Part shown: positions 63,056 through 64,000 of the stretch, one piece after another | How the letters are laid out: every line of letters begins with the position of its first letter | Numbering within the stretch: position 1 is the first letter of the stretch | Assembly (NCBI GenBank): GCA_051294905.1 | Contig: CM119379.1 | Location: 20,026,001 to 20,090,000 of the forward strand | DNA length: 64,000 nt | Direction of reading: 5' to 3' | Source of the DNA: Botryllus schlosseri | Taxonomy: Eukaryota | The notes under the pieces: generated by a model | What the model was told of the DNA's origin: nothing | The model's input: the letters and a program-made list of their open reading frames with translations, nothing else | Databases searched by the model: none | Made by a program: the position numbers and the translations under genes

Positions 63056-64000
63056 TTCATTTCATCAGTAAGACTACATTTGCTGAAAATGAGAGCAAAT
63101 CTTCTCAATGTCTTAAATTTGAGACCAAAATTACAAATTATTTTTTGTAGTGTAGAACCTTTGGCGTGCACCGCCAATATGGAATCGGTGTCTCGTGCAC
63201 ACTAAAGATTCCACTGACTACACACAGGTGTGACGCTGAGAATCGTCTTGGCACACCAAAGATATTGCGCTTAACGTACCGGGATTCCAACCAGGTACAC
63301 CAGACACCGATTCCATATTTGTCAATTTCTTTACGAATTGAAAGCAAAAAAATAGAAGCCAAAATGAAAGCACTATTGGTTAACCACGATTTTTTAAGTG
63401 ACAATCAGGACTGCCCTTTGGATTGCCACATTCACATTATCTGGCAATATATCCGGATGCTTGATGTCTGGTCGATCAAAATTGTCAATACTTTTGGAGT
63501 AGAATGTCACTTTCAGGATAGAAACTCTTTGCGGCCGCTAAAAATCCCAACATACGTTGATCTGTATATCACTTCAAATAAGCAAAACAAAAATAAGATT
63601 TTGTGGGATATTTCATTCATGCGGACTCTTTTGGGCTTTGATCCTGGTCTTCATTTCCTATTTGCTACATGACGAGAACAACCAATGTGATGTATACGTT
63701 GATAGAAAGCTCTAAAACATTCATCACGGCCTACGATTGGAAAATAGGGCCACAGCGAATCAAGGCTACAAGCCTACAGCTTGACGGTATCAACTGTCAC
63801 AATTATTCTAGACATGTTCTCTTGAACTACACAATTGCTACTTCTGATTAATAATTAAAATAATAATAAAGCCGTTGTTCTGCCCATCAGACACCCCCTC
63901 GATATCTTCCGTAAATCATCACGATTAACGTTGGAGCATAAATTCTAGAATGCATAATGGCGGGAAAGTATCCACTCCAACAGAGAAATGTTTTCCGGAT

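Larger units (their letters stand above)
61814..63152. mobile_element. Non-autonomous CACTA (CMC/EnSpm-type) element
   Basis: Perfect 16-bp TIRs CACTACAAAAAATAAT / ATTATTTTTTGTAGTG. TA duplicated on both flanks. Dense GTCTTA/TAAGAC subterminal motifs; no transposase ORF. Confidence 0.85.
61729..63297. mobile_element. Palindromic (fold-back) MITE-like element interrupted by a CACTA insertion
   Basis: Arms ~61729-61812 and ~63213-63297 are inverted repeats; the core 54 bp (TTTGGTGTG.CAAGACG.TTCTCAGCGTCACACCTGTGTGTAG.CAGT) has few mismatches. A further inverted match links 63176-63200 and 63295-63319. Confidence 0.65.

Noticed and set aside
63166-63672. 168-aa plus-strand ORF
   Set aside because: It starts inside the palindromic element and has no recognisable motif or splice context.

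Overview
Metazoan (invertebrate-like) genomic DNA: AT-rich, with very short (mostly 50-65 nt) GT-AG introns. I found no rRNA, tRNA, CRISPR array or prokaryotic genes. Almost the whole window is one minus-strand locus, or a tandem set of 2-3 paralogues. By manual splicing it holds 79 copies of a 79-aa, four-cysteine module I do not recognise as a named family (consensus YPxxCxxYYGPHPxxCLxTxWxxxxCxxxGxxYPxKLxxxxxxxxDxxNLR / xIxxxFNxTxxSADxGxxxxQxxCFGMG), plus 3 divergent copies. Each canonical copy is an A exon (~154 nt, phase 1-2) plus a B exon (83 nt, phase 2-1). From ~16 kb upward the copies form a four-class higher-order repeat (E-T-H-G), amplified by several dated-looking duplications. The array runs into a C-terminal head: C-type lectin domains (one nested inside the loop of another, one only half present), a mannose-receptor-type ricin/Cys-rich domain and a Link-module-like domain, ending at a stop at 648 with no transmembrane segment. 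Introns carry at least 8 non-autonomous DNA transposons (hAT-like with 8-bp TSDs, a TA-TSD element, a CACTA element), some nested. The 5' start of the gene was not identified. All protein-family calls are by eye; no database searches were run.
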